Of a stretch of DNA of 32,000 bases, positions 1 through 8,032 are shown piece by piece (within the stretch, counting starts at the first letter, position 1; each line of letters starts with the position of its first letter). Made by a program: the position numbers and the translations under genes. Below the pieces are notes generated by a model that saw only the letters and a program-made list of their open reading frames with translations, did not search any database and had not been told where the DNA came from. The DNA lies in NCBI RefSeq assembly GCF_002075285.3, contig NZ_CP021983.2, positions 4,320,001 to 4,352,000 of the forward strand, given 5' to 3'. The DNA comes from Halomicronema hongdechloris C2206 (lineage in GTDB: Bacteria; Cyanobacteriota; Cyanobacteriia; Phormidesmidales; Phormidesmidaceae).

Positions 1-1
1 A

Positions 2-331
2 GAGTTCTATCGAGTATTAAAGCCCGGCGGATACTGCTTCTTCACCGAGCCCAACATGCTCAATCCCCAGATTGCCGTGGAAAAGAACATCAAATGGATC
101 GGTCGCCGCCTACAGAATTCTCCCGATGAGACCGCCTTCTTTCGTTGGCAGATCGCCCGGTTGCTGAAGCGCAATGGATTTCGAGAGATCTGGGTGCGTC
201 CCTTCGACTTTCTCCATCCCGGCATTCCTGACAGTTGGATTCCAGCAGTGCAACGCCTGAGCAACCTACTCAGTCAGCTACCCCTGATTCGCGAGATTGG
301 CGGCTCTCTACAAATCTGTGGTCGCCGTTAA
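2..331 (+). CDS. class I SAM-dependent methyltransferase, C-terminal part (5' end lies outside the window)
   Basis: The frame is open from base 2 and reads EFYRVLKPGGYCFFTEPN..., the LKPGG segment typical of Rossmann-fold methyltransferases. Track ORF 56..331 is only its internal-Met tail. Stop TAA is at 329-331. Confidence 0.6.
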   Translation, partial: EFYRVLKPGGYCFFTEPNMLNPQIAVEKNIKWIGRRLQNSPDETAFFRWQIARLLKRNGFREIWVRPFDFLHPGIPDSWIPAVQRLSNLLSQLPLIREIGGSLQICGRR

Positions 332-1977
332 GGGACCGGACTCACCAAGGCCCAACCCCGAACTGTTCCCAGTCGCCGCAACGTGTCGGGTATGGTGGGT
401 ACCGCCGCCTCACTCACCCAGGCAGAATGCCCCGCCGGAATCGCCGCCACCGAGGTCAGGCGCTCGCCCCAATGGGAGGTATAGAATGATGCCAGCACCC
501 AAGTCTTGTGGTTAATGCCGGCCTGGGGAGCTAAGACGACATCGACGGTATGGTTGGCCAGGACCTCAGCCACCGCGGGTTGCTGGCAGAAAGCTTTCAT
601 GTCGGCGGAGTAGTTGCCCAAGAGTCCGCCGATCCCGGCCAAGCCAATGGCCAACCATGGTCCCAGAAACAGACTTAACAGCCAGGCCCGCACCGGCCGG
701 ATGCGAGACTGGCGAGACTGGTGATGCCAAGCCAACAACAGAGTAACCCAGCTCAGGCCCACTACCAGGGCTAAGCCACCATACCAGGTCAACTCTGGGC
801 CCAGTTCCGCCGCTAAAAAGTTCAAAGGCCCCCACTGTCGCAGCAGAATGCCCAAGCCGATGACACTGACTACACTGCCGCTGAGGCCATAGCCATAGCT
901 GGTTAGGGCCAGGGGTAGGCGCGATGCCCCCGGCCGGGTCCAACCCCGCATCAACTCAGCCAGGATGTACCCCCCATAGAGGGCGAAGAAAGGATAGAGC
1001 TGTAGGGTGTAATAGAGGGTCTTAGTGGGAAATAGCTGTAGTTGTAATAGTAGTAGTGCCGGATAGCCCAGCAGCAACCATTTATGCCCGATCAAGGGCT
1101 GCCGGCATAGCTTGATGATTCCCCACAGCACCAAGGGAGTCCACGGCAAGAGATTGGCTGGAATATTCCAGCCATAGTACCAAGGGCCGACCCCATGGTA
1201 GTCACCAGCGGCGGCTATCCCTAGGGTGCCAAAGATCTGTTGGAAAGGAACTACTCCGTGGGTCGTCCACAGCTGCCCAAACCAAAGCAGGACCAGACCT
1301 ATCCCCAGGCCCAACCCCAAGTAGAGCCCCGGGTTGTGCCAGTGGCGATGCTGGCGGTGGTTCAAGATCAGGTAGGGCAGCAGTGCGATCGCAGCTAACG
1401 CCACCATGAACCCCTTCACCAAAAAGCCCAAGCCCAGCCCCAAGCCCGCCAATAATCCCCAAACCCAGCGTTGAGGCCCCTTCCGTTCTGCTTGCAGCAG
1501 CGCCCAAATCATGATCAATTCAATCGCAACCAGGGGCATATCCTGGGTAGCCATATGCCCATATTGATTCCAGAGAATGAATGTACTCAGGCATAGCGCC
1601 GACAACCAGGCTGCTTGACGATGTAGCAGGCGGTAGCCAATGGCATAGGTGAGACAGACGCTAAGCAAACACGCCACCATACTGGGGATACGGGCCGTTA
1701 CTTCACTGATGCCAAACAGGCTATAGGCAGTGGCAATGAGCCAATGGATCCCCGAGGTCTTGTCATACATCAACTGCCCCCACCAGCGAGGCGTGAGCCA
1801 GTCCCCTAATCGCACCAGTCCCATGGCCAAAGTGGCATACCAGCCCTCGTCATGGGCCATCAGGCTAGCATGCCAGTTACTGGCCAGCAGCAACACCCCC
1901 TGCCAGCCCAGCAATCCAACGAAAATCCATCCCCTAGGAGACTGCGTCAGTTTCATCACCAAGACTCCGAGGAACAC
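328..1977 (-). CDS. GT-C fold glycosyltransferase, family 39 / ArnT-PMT-like polytopic membrane protein
   Basis: 549-codon ORF that is hydrophobic throughout with many predicted helices. It has an acidic first-loop motif (MAHDEGWY) as in ArnT/PMT-type enzymes. The track start is GTG at 1977; ATG at 1956, preceded by GGAG, is an alternative start. Confidence 0.75.
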   Translation of the reverse strand: MFLGVLVMKLTQSPRGWIFVGLLGWQGVLLLASNWHASLMAHDEGWYATLAMGLVRLGDWLTPRWWGQLMYDKTSGIHWLIATAYSLFGISEVTARIPSMVACLLSVCLTYAIGYRLLHRQAAWLSALCLSTFILWNQYGHMATQDMPLVAIELIMIWALLQAERKGPQRWVWGLLAGLGLGLGFLVKGFMVALAAIALLPYLILNHRQHRHWHNPGLYLGLGLGIGLVLLWFGQLWTTHGVVPFQQIFGTLGIAAAGDYHGVGPWYYGWNIPANLLPWTPLVLWGIIKLCRQPLIGHKWLLLGYPALLLLQLQLFPTKTLYYTLQLYPFFALYGGYILAELMRGWTRPGASRLPLALTSYGYGLSGSVVSVIGLGILLRQWGPLNFLAAELGPELTWYGGLALVVGLSWVTLLLAWHHQSRQSRIRPVRAWLLSLFLGPWLAIGLAGIGGLLGNYSADMKAFCQQPAVAEVLANHTVDVVLAPQAGINHKTWVLASFYTSHWGERLTSVAAIPAGHSAWVSEAAVPTIPDTLRRLGTVRGWALVSPVP

Positions 1978-2064
1978 TTACCCGTTCGGCCAAGGGAGTG
2001 TCCACAGCTATCAAGACATTACACAGGAAATAGCCCCGGATCAGGGTATTCCTGCCATGCCACT

Positions 2065-3354
2065 CTAGTCATCCGCCAGACTATCACCAATCGTTGACAA
2101 GGGCGCCAAGACCGTCAGTCCCTGGGAAATACATTCAATATCAACTGGCGTCATCCCAAAAATATCACCGTCAACCACCACTTTTTGAGGAGGGTCAGTG
2201 TCAATGCGAATGCGCCGGGTGCGAAGCCGGGTAATCTCATCATGGTCGCTGGGGGTATTCACCAAAGCCGAGGTAAACAGGCTGGTCAAGGCATTGATGC
2301 TCTGCAATGGGCTCTTACTAGTGGAAATCGTCACATCCAGGAGGCCATCATCAAACATGACCTGACCAAAACCCTGGGCCAACACCGACGTAGGTGGTGC
2401 CGCATTGGCTACAGTGATGGCGCCCGTCGTCACCTCCGTAGACTTATTATCCATCTCCACAGATGCCTGAAAGGGCTCAACGCCACCCACTTGTTGCATC
2501 CCAGCCAGAATATAGGCCAAGGGGCCAAGACGAGCCTTCAGGTCACGATTGGCCCGCTCTACCATATTGGCCTCAAAGCCAATACCTGCTAGCAAGACCA
2601 TCGCCTTGCCATTACACCGAGCCACGTCTATCAAACGAGTGCTACCCGCCAAAATAGTGGCGCAGGCATCTTGAAGATTGGTTGGAATCCCCAACGCCAC
2701 TGCAAAGGCATTGGCCGTCCCTCGGGGAATTACCCCCAAAGGCGTTGTCGTCTCAGCCAATCCACCAGCCACAACCGATACCGTACCGTCTCCCCCAGCC
2801 GCAATAATCAGATCTGTTCCTTGCTCCAGAGCCATCTGCACCTGCTGGGTCAGATCACGATCTGGATCCGTATAGATAACATTCAGTTGTATTTGGGGCT
2901 CAAGCAGTCGGCTAATCAAGGCGAGATCATTGTCAGGATTTCCCTGACCCGCCACGGGATTAAAGATCAAATGCCCTACCCGAGCCTTATTCAACTGAGT
3001 CAATACTGCTTCGGCTGTGGCCAAATTCGTTGCCAGGGGCACATTGTGCACCTCGCAAATCCGCAGCAACGCCTGGATATCGGGTTCGTGGGGCTGAGCG
3101 TATAGGGGATCAATTAAAAACACCACAGCAGCCACGCTGCCCTCAACCACTCGGGCTGAAATCTGGGCATCTCCCCCCAGGGGGCCTGACTGCATCCGCT
3201 CAACGGTCAGAGCCGCCTCCGCTTGAATGCGCTGCCCCGTCGTCCCCGTGGCGATCACGTGATAGCGACTCAAGATAGCCTTAAAGCGTTGAGCGAAGGC
3301 CACCATATCATCTTTCTTACCATCATGGGCAATCAGTGCCACACTGGTCGGCAT
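2065..3354 (-). CDS. fusion protein: methylglyoxal synthase-like domain + diacylglycerol/lipid kinase (YegS-type) catalytic domain
   Basis: The N-terminus reads ALIAHDGKKDDMV...ATGTTG...GPLGGDAQI...PHEPDIQALLR...HNVPLATN, which is the MGS pattern. The C-terminal half has IIAAGGDGT, the DAGK catalytic-domain glycine motif. ATG start at 3354. Confidence 0.75.
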   Translation of the reverse strand: MPTSVALIAHDGKKDDMVAFAQRFKAILSRYHVIATGTTGQRIQAEAALTVERMQSGPLGGDAQISARVVEGSVAAVVFLIDPLYAQPHEPDIQALLRICEVHNVPLATNLATAEAVLTQLNKARVGHLIFNPVAGQGNPDNDLALISRLLEPQIQLNVIYTDPDRDLTQQVQMALEQGTDLIIAAGGDGTVSVVAGGLAETTTPLGVIPRGTANAFAVALGIPTNLQDACATILAGSTRLIDVARCNGKAMVLLAGIGFEANMVERANRDLKARLGPLAYILAGMQQVGGVEPFQASVEMDNKSTEVTTGAITVANAAPPTSVLAQGFGQVMFDDGLLDVTISTSKSPLQSINALTSLFTSALVNTPSDHDEITRLRTRRIRIDTDPPQKVVVDGDIFGMTPVDIECISQGLTVLAPLSTIGDSLADD

Positions 3355-3460
3355 GGAAACAGGAGCCCGGAAGTAGGATTCCTATAATCCTACTGCGTGG
3401 TCACAGTTGATGGGGCATCTCGCAGCAGAAAAAAGATTACTGGAGCCTAAACGACAACGG

Positions 3461-3922
3461 TCACGATTCAGATGGTTCACTAGTCGCTTGGGCTACCCGA
3501 CTACCAAAAAAGTCGATGCGGTACGCGGTAATCTGCACTCCGGTCTGCTCTTCAACCTGTTGTAGAATCTCCTGAGGAAGCTCTACATGAATATCAATAA
3601 TTTGGTCTGTATCTAAGCAGTTGACGTGGCTATGAATATCGCTGACATGGCCATAGAGGCGACCATCGGAACGCTCTAAACACTCAATAATGCCTTGCTC
3701 AGAGAGCGCTTCTAAGTTCTGATAGACCGAGGTGTGGCCGATCTCTCGACCCTGGCGATTCAAGCGATCATAAATTTCTCGAGCCGATAAGTGCTCCTTG
3801 ACCTGCCAAAGTAGCTCTAGGATATAGCGACGTTGACGACTGAGGCGCATGCCAAGGCTTTGACAGCGATCAATTGCCTCCTCTAGGGAGCGAATGGGTT
3901 TTGCCGTAACTTGATTTTGCAT
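3461..3922 (-). CDS. Fur-family transcriptional regulator (PerR/FurC-like)
   Basis: 153 aa. Winged-helix segment HLSAREIYDRL...GHTSVYQNLEAL, His-rich metal site HVSDIHSHVNC, and C-terminal ...YRIDFFG. It lacks the usual paired CxxC motifs. Confidence 0.85.
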   Translation of the reverse strand: MQNQVTAKPIRSLEEAIDRCQSLGMRLSRQRRYILELLWQVKEHLSAREIYDRLNRQGREIGHTSVYQNLEALSEQGIIECLERSDGRLYGHVSDIHSHVNCLDTDQIIDIHVELPQEILQQVEEQTGVQITAYRIDFFGSRVAQATSEPSES

Positions 3923-3972
3923 CCTAACTCTCTCTCCCGATGGACAGAGGAATCACTGCAGATACCCCAAAA

Positions 3973-3988
3973 TGACGATCAATTATCA
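3973..3988. promoter_or_regulatory. candidate Fur-type operator (imperfect inverted repeat TGACGAT-CA-ATTATCA) upstream of the fur-family gene
   Basis: AT-rich imperfect palindrome 51-66 bp upstream of the ATG at 3922. Half-sites are TGAcgAT and TGATAAT (reverse complement). Confidence 0.3.
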
Positions 3989-4197
3989 AAATTGCATGTT
4001 TAGCTGACAGCACTAGCACTAATGCAGGCCAGCACTCCTTCAGCGAACCCTGCGCACCTAAGCGTCAAGACTGTGCTAGACCCACTTCCTTCGGATCCCT
4101 AAACGCAGCTTAGGCGGACAACTCGATAAGCCATACTCAGTACCACTTTAGCTTGGAATCTTAAACACTGTCTATTGTTGCTTACCAGAGGACACCC

Positions 4198-5793
4198 TCA
4201 TCCCTGGGGCATCCGATAGGAACTAGCCGCAGAGTCAGTCGATGTAGATTCAGTTGGCATAGACACCGCCGACTGGTCAGGGTTGGGCAGCGAAGATGTC
4301 GGCAACGCTTCATCGGCAATGGGAGATGGCATCTCCATGGCCGCGTCCACTTCCTCATGATCGAAGTTAAGGGTAGGGACAGCGGTCGATGGCAATCGCT
4401 CGCGATCAAGCCTGGTGACCTGAGGGGCAGTTTCTGCTTGCAGATCATCTACTGAAGCCGATGAGACGTCAGGGCCTTCCTGAGGAGATACCTCTACCGT
4501 CAAGGGATCTAGGGGAGTGGCAGAGCCAAGAGAGTCTGCAGGCACCGTTAAGGCTGAAGCGGCTTGATTTGAAGGCTGATCTTCTGAAGCCTGATCTAAA
4601 GACAAATCGAATATGATGTCGACATCTTCCTGGCTGGCATCTTCTTGGCTGAGGTCTGCCGCCAAATCCTGAGCAACTTTCATCGTCTCCTCAGGCGAGA
4701 ATTCAGCCGTCGTTGTGGTAGACGGTTGACTCTGTCGCGACTGCGAATAATGCTCTAAGGCTTGGGCAATGGCTCCCATGCGTCGCTCTTGATCGCGGCT
4801 GATGGAATGGATATTGTTGCCTAAACCAGGAGCATTCCACCGTTGTGTATCCGGGTCAATAAATGCTCGAGTGCGAGCCCAGGCGATCGCCTCTTCACCT
4901 TCCATACCCAGTTGACGAGCTTTGGCGAGCCAACCAATGTAATCGCCCTCACCAATAGCAGCCCAAGGTGATTGATTGGCCAGATCAATGCCATTGAGCG
5001 TTTCTGCTAGGGTAAGGCTGAGACCAGCAGCTGTAGCCTTTTTGTTGAGGAGCTCCGTTTGTCGCTGCAATCGCTGCAGCTGCTTTTGGTCGGCTTCCTC
5101 TGGAGCATTGGCACCATGCTGATAAGAAAATGTGCCCAGATTCCAGACACCATTGCCTGGATCGCGATGACCATAATAAGCGGGTGTTCGCTGGCCAGCT
5201 GGAGTGCGCGTGCCCTCGGCACTGCCAACGGCTCGAGCCACAAGGGAATCTGTCCCGCCGTCAAACAACTGCGACCAAGAAGATGCTTCTGATTGAGGGG
5301 CGACTGCCGGATCAGCAGTCGAGCCTCCATCTGAGGTTTCAGCTGCTGCGACGACCTGGTTAGGTGGGGGCTTGAAGGTAAGGGCAATGGGGGCGGGGGC
5401 AGGCGGCTTCGGCTCCTGAGCGTCTGACTGGGAGGAGGGTGTGACCTGCTTGGGAGAAGGGGGCGCTGGAGGTAAATTGGCAGGGGTGTCTGCCTGGGAA
5501 GATTTCAAGGCCATGGTCGTGCTGCCATCGTAGACACTTGCCGGCTGCGTGCCCCAATTTCTAGCAGTTGGTGGGTTAGCTGCAGCAGACGGGATCGGTA
5601 GTGGTGCCTCAGAGGGATCTCCTGGAGTTGACTCTGTGGAGGCGGGGGCAGGCTTAGCCACGGGCTCGGCTGCAGACACCTCTGGTAAATCAAAGTTAAG
5701 CGCAATATCACTGGCCTCAGCAGTAGGGGTAAATAACATTGCGATGGTGCTGGTGGTCAGGCTAGTAGCAAACAGGATGTGAATTGGTTTCAT
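4198..5793 (-). CDS. secreted Pro/Ala/Ser-rich protein with a possible lambda-lysozyme-like (lytic transglycosylase-type) central domain
   Basis: N-terminal signal peptide MKPIHILFATSLTTSTIAMLFTPTAEA, followed by low-complexity P/A/S linkers. The central block has VGSAEGT...GTFSYQ...WNAPGLG, which resembles the lambda R motifs WSEGT...GRYQ...LPGAGYG. The C-terminal tail is acidic. Confidence 0.55.
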   Translation of the reverse strand: MKPIHILFATSLTTSTIAMLFTPTAEASDIALNFDLPEVSAAEPVAKPAPASTESTPGDPSEAPLPIPSAAANPPTARNWGTQPASVYDGSTTMALKSSQADTPANLPPAPPSPKQVTPSSQSDAQEPKPPAPAPIALTFKPPPNQVVAAAETSDGGSTADPAVAPQSEASSWSQLFDGGTDSLVARAVGSAEGTRTPAGQRTPAYYGHRDPGNGVWNLGTFSYQHGANAPEEADQKQLQRLQRQTELLNKKATAAGLSLTLAETLNGIDLANQSPWAAIGEGDYIGWLAKARQLGMEGEEAIAWARTRAFIDPDTQRWNAPGLGNNIHSISRDQERRMGAIAQALEHYSQSRQSQPSTTTTAEFSPEETMKVAQDLAADLSQEDASQEDVDIIFDLSLDQASEDQPSNQAASALTVPADSLGSATPLDPLTVEVSPQEGPDVSSASVDDLQAETAPQVTRLDRERLPSTAVPTLNFDHEEVDAAMEMPSPIADEALPTSSLPNPDQSAVSMPTESTSTDSAASSYRMPQG

Positions 5794-5822
5794 CGCTCAA
5801 ATATGGGGGCTGACAACGACAT

Positions 5823-6335
5823 TCAAGGTCGGGCCGACTGTAAGGGCGGTTGCAGAGAACGTTCTAGGATATTGTTGGATGGTTCTACAATGGCCCAGGT
5901 GCCGTCCGGATGACGCCGCAAGGTGGCAAAATGCAATATTTCCCCTGAGCCCATCGTGTCTCCGTAGCGAACAGTACCCAGGTGAGGGCGACGCAGGCCG
6001 CAAAAGCGAAATAGGTAAGCCGGCACATCTGAACTGGAAAAGTAGACACAACTGGGCTGGCCAGCAGCAGGAGCTACCTCTCCATCAAACGGGGCATGAA
6101 CTGAATCTCCTCCCAGCTCAATGGAAACATCACCTAACCCGGCTGATACTAAATAGCCGGCCACTCGATCTCCTCGGTCTAGCTCCCATTGCTGCTGTAG
6201 CACTACATGGCGGGCTGGTGGAGCAGTAGGTGTCGCTTGGCACCCACTCAGCAGGGCCAGCAGTGCAATCCCTAAACCAATAGAGATGCCATTGTTTCGC
6301 CTAAATGCGAATTTCGTAGACCAGCCCCATGTCAT
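5823..6335 (-). CDS. lipoprotein, possibly a degenerate LytM/M23-like domain
   Basis: Lipobox LALLSGC after a basic and hydrophobic leader. The C-terminal segment HAPFDGEV...GTVRYGDTMGSGEILHF resembles M23 strands, but the full set of metal ligands is missing. Its start ATG overlaps the stop of the upstream gene (TAATG at 6333-6337). Confidence 0.55.
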   Translation of the reverse strand: MTWGWSTKFAFRRNNGISIGLGIALLALLSGCQATPTAPPARHVVLQQQWELDRGDRVAGYLVSAGLGDVSIELGGDSVHAPFDGEVAPAAGQPSCVYFSSSDVPAYLFRFCGLRRPHLGTVRYGDTMGSGEILHFATLRRHPDGTWAIVEPSNNILERSLQPPLQSARP

Positions 6336-6739
6336 TATTCAAAACTGAATCGATAGCCAGCATATTCGTCTTTTTCGTAGAGAATTACGAGTCTCGTCTT
6401 GGGATCAAAAGCCAAGGGATAGGCCTCCCGCTCTGCAACCACTCCAGAACGGACTGTCAATTCTGGTAAGCGGCAATAGGGTGCGGAAACTATCTGACGC
6501 ACCCGTTCTTTGGCGTCCCGCTCAGGGATTGTTAAGAGCTGGGCGAGTTGTTCTCGGGACAACTGAGCATTGGCCTGAACAATGGTCTCACACCCCTCAG
6601 TCGTGGTTGAGGTTGCTGACTCCTGTAGCCAAGAGCGCATCCCTTGAAAATCGAATAAAAGGCCGACCGTGGCAAATACCAGGCCACCAGCAATGAGAGG
6701 TGTCACGGATAGATGAGATGACGATTGACTAGATACCAT
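6335..6739 (-). CDS. small membrane-anchored hypothetical protein
   Basis: The ATG at 6739 follows a perfect AAGGAG 6 nt upstream; the track start 6760 is a TTG. It has one N-terminal TM helix (VTPLIAGGLVFATVGLLF) and its stop is coupled to the downstream lipoprotein gene. Confidence 0.6.
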   Translation of the reverse strand: MVSSQSSSHLSVTPLIAGGLVFATVGLLFDFQGMRSWLQESATSTTTEGCETIVQANAQLSREQLAQLLTIPERDAKERVRQIVSAPYCRLPELTVRSGVVAEREAYPLAFDPKTRLVILYEKDEYAGYRFSFE

Positions 6740-6796
6740 GGCAGCTCCTTTATCGGGCAATAGGAAGTAGGCGAAGTCAAAAAAGGAGGCTCGCTA

Positions 6797-7852
6797 CTAG
6801 AACCGACCACCTACGATTAATCCAGCAACGATTAAGAGGGTTCGATAGGCTAAGGTGATGTCGATGCGGGGGGCGAGGGTAGCTCGATAGAGCGCGAAGG
6901 TGGTGCAGGCAATCACAGCGACCACCACAAAAGACCACAATCCTGGATAGGCTGCTAACACCAGGTCTAGAGCTAAACGAGCAATTACCGCTCCAGCGAA
7001 CCAGAAACAGATTTCTGTCCACCCGAGGGAGGCGGAACGACGACGATTGGAGGAGCGATGGTCAATTACCAAGACTGGTCTTAGCTTGAACCAGATGTCA
7101 CGGATCAAACTCCATGGTTCTGCCAATAGGGTGCTTAGGCCCCAATCGTCCCATCCCGGCTGAGAAGCTTGACGATGCTCAGCGAAGGTGCGATCGCGCA
7201 GGGTCCGAGCCACATCATCGGCTTCTCGCTCTGGCTGATAGAGATCCGCCGGACGGTAGGACAGCACATAGGCGCCTTGGTCGTCCTGATTAACTTGGGC
7301 CAGGATAGCCGTGGCATAGTCGCATAGCGGTATCTCACCACGCCCCTGCTGCCGATGGATCCAAGCAACGCGCTCAGCGGCCCGTTTCATCTCTAACATG
7401 GCTTGCTCTTGCTGTTGAGACAGATCATTGATTCGATCGGCCATGCTCCGCAGTCGCTGCCAGTGCAGCATCAGATCCGGCGGTGATTCTAAAGGCAGGG
7501 TAGAGACTACCGCGTTAGAACTATCTGGCTGGGATGGAGGGGGTAGCGGGGCAGGGGAGGTCGTATATTCATGGCTAGCAGATCCATGGCTAGCAGATCC
7601 ATGGCTAGTAGATCCATGGCTGGCAGATTCATGGCTGACAGTCTGATGCCTAGAACGTTGCTTCAACTGAGCAACCGTTGTGGCTAACTGAGCCAAATGC
7701 GGTGAAGCTGCCGCTGCCGCAACTGGCGACGACTGAGGTGACGTCTCAATCTCTCCCCAATCTACAGGAGGGCTAGGAGTCGAGGCATAGGATTGGCGCT
7801 GCTGCTGCAACTTTTCTCGAATGGCTTGCAAATCCATATCAGACTCGCTCAT
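6797..7852 (-). CDS. hypothetical membrane protein with (S-A/T-S-H-G)n repeat and C-terminal TM helices
   Basis: 351-codon ORF with ATG at 7852. It has a coiled-coil-like N-terminal half, an internal repeat SASHGSTSHGSASHGSASHE, and about three hydrophobic helices at the C-terminus. Confidence 0.6.
   Translation of the reverse strand: MSESDMDLQAIREKLQQQRQSYASTPSPPVDWGEIETSPQSSPVAAAAASPHLAQLATTVAQLKQRSRHQTVSHESASHGSTSHGSASHGSASHEYTTSPAPLPPPSQPDSSNAVVSTLPLESPPDLMLHWQRLRSMADRINDLSQQQEQAMLEMKRAAERVAWIHRQQGRGEIPLCDYATAILAQVNQDDQGAYVLSYRPADLYQPEREADDVARTLRDRTFAEHRQASQPGWDDWGLSTLLAEPWSLIRDIWFKLRPVLVIDHRSSNRRRSASLGWTEICFWFAGAVIARLALDLVLAAYPGLWSFVVVAVIACTTFALYRATLAPRIDITLAYRTLLIVAGLIVGGRF
7570..7640. 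repeat. 15-bp tandem repeat (CATGGCTAGCAGATC), about 4.7 copies, in frame inside the 6797..7852 CDS
   Basis: Read directly: units at 7570-7584, 7585-7599, 7600-7614 and 7615-7629, plus a partial copy. They encode the SxSHG pentapeptide repeat on the minus strand. Confidence 0.9.
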
Positions 7853-7952
7853 GGCACAGGGGGCACTAGTAAAAGCATGTACTAGTTACTATACAGCTTT
7901 TTAGTACATGTGTACCACAAACTTCGGTAATGTGCCCTTAGCACACCGTGGC

Positions 7953-7977
7953 GGCAATGGACAGTCGGTCCATTGCC
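7953..7977 (-). terminator. GC-rich hairpin downstream of the SbcC-like gene (possible terminator or RNA-stability element)
   Basis: Perfect 10-bp stem GGCAATGGAC / GTCCATTGCC with a 5-nt loop, 56 bp past the stop at 8033. No clear U-tract follows on either strand. Confidence 0.3.
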
Positions 7978-8032
7978 CTTCCCAGCTCCCTAGCTTCCCT
8001 TGTGGTCATCGTTAAACCGGTGCTGCAGCCTG

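Noticed and set aside
328-331. The convergent methyltransferase and glycosyltransferase genes share overlapping stop codons in the palindrome TTAA.
   Set aside because: It is a real observation but a common consequence of compact convergent genes. There is no evidence of functional significance.
7570-7640. Whether the short tandem repeats here, at 27175-27210 and at 31204-31245, could be a CRISPR array.
   Set aside because: The units are 7-15 bp and directly abutting with no spacers. No cas genes are present. Two of the three lie in frame inside coding sequence.
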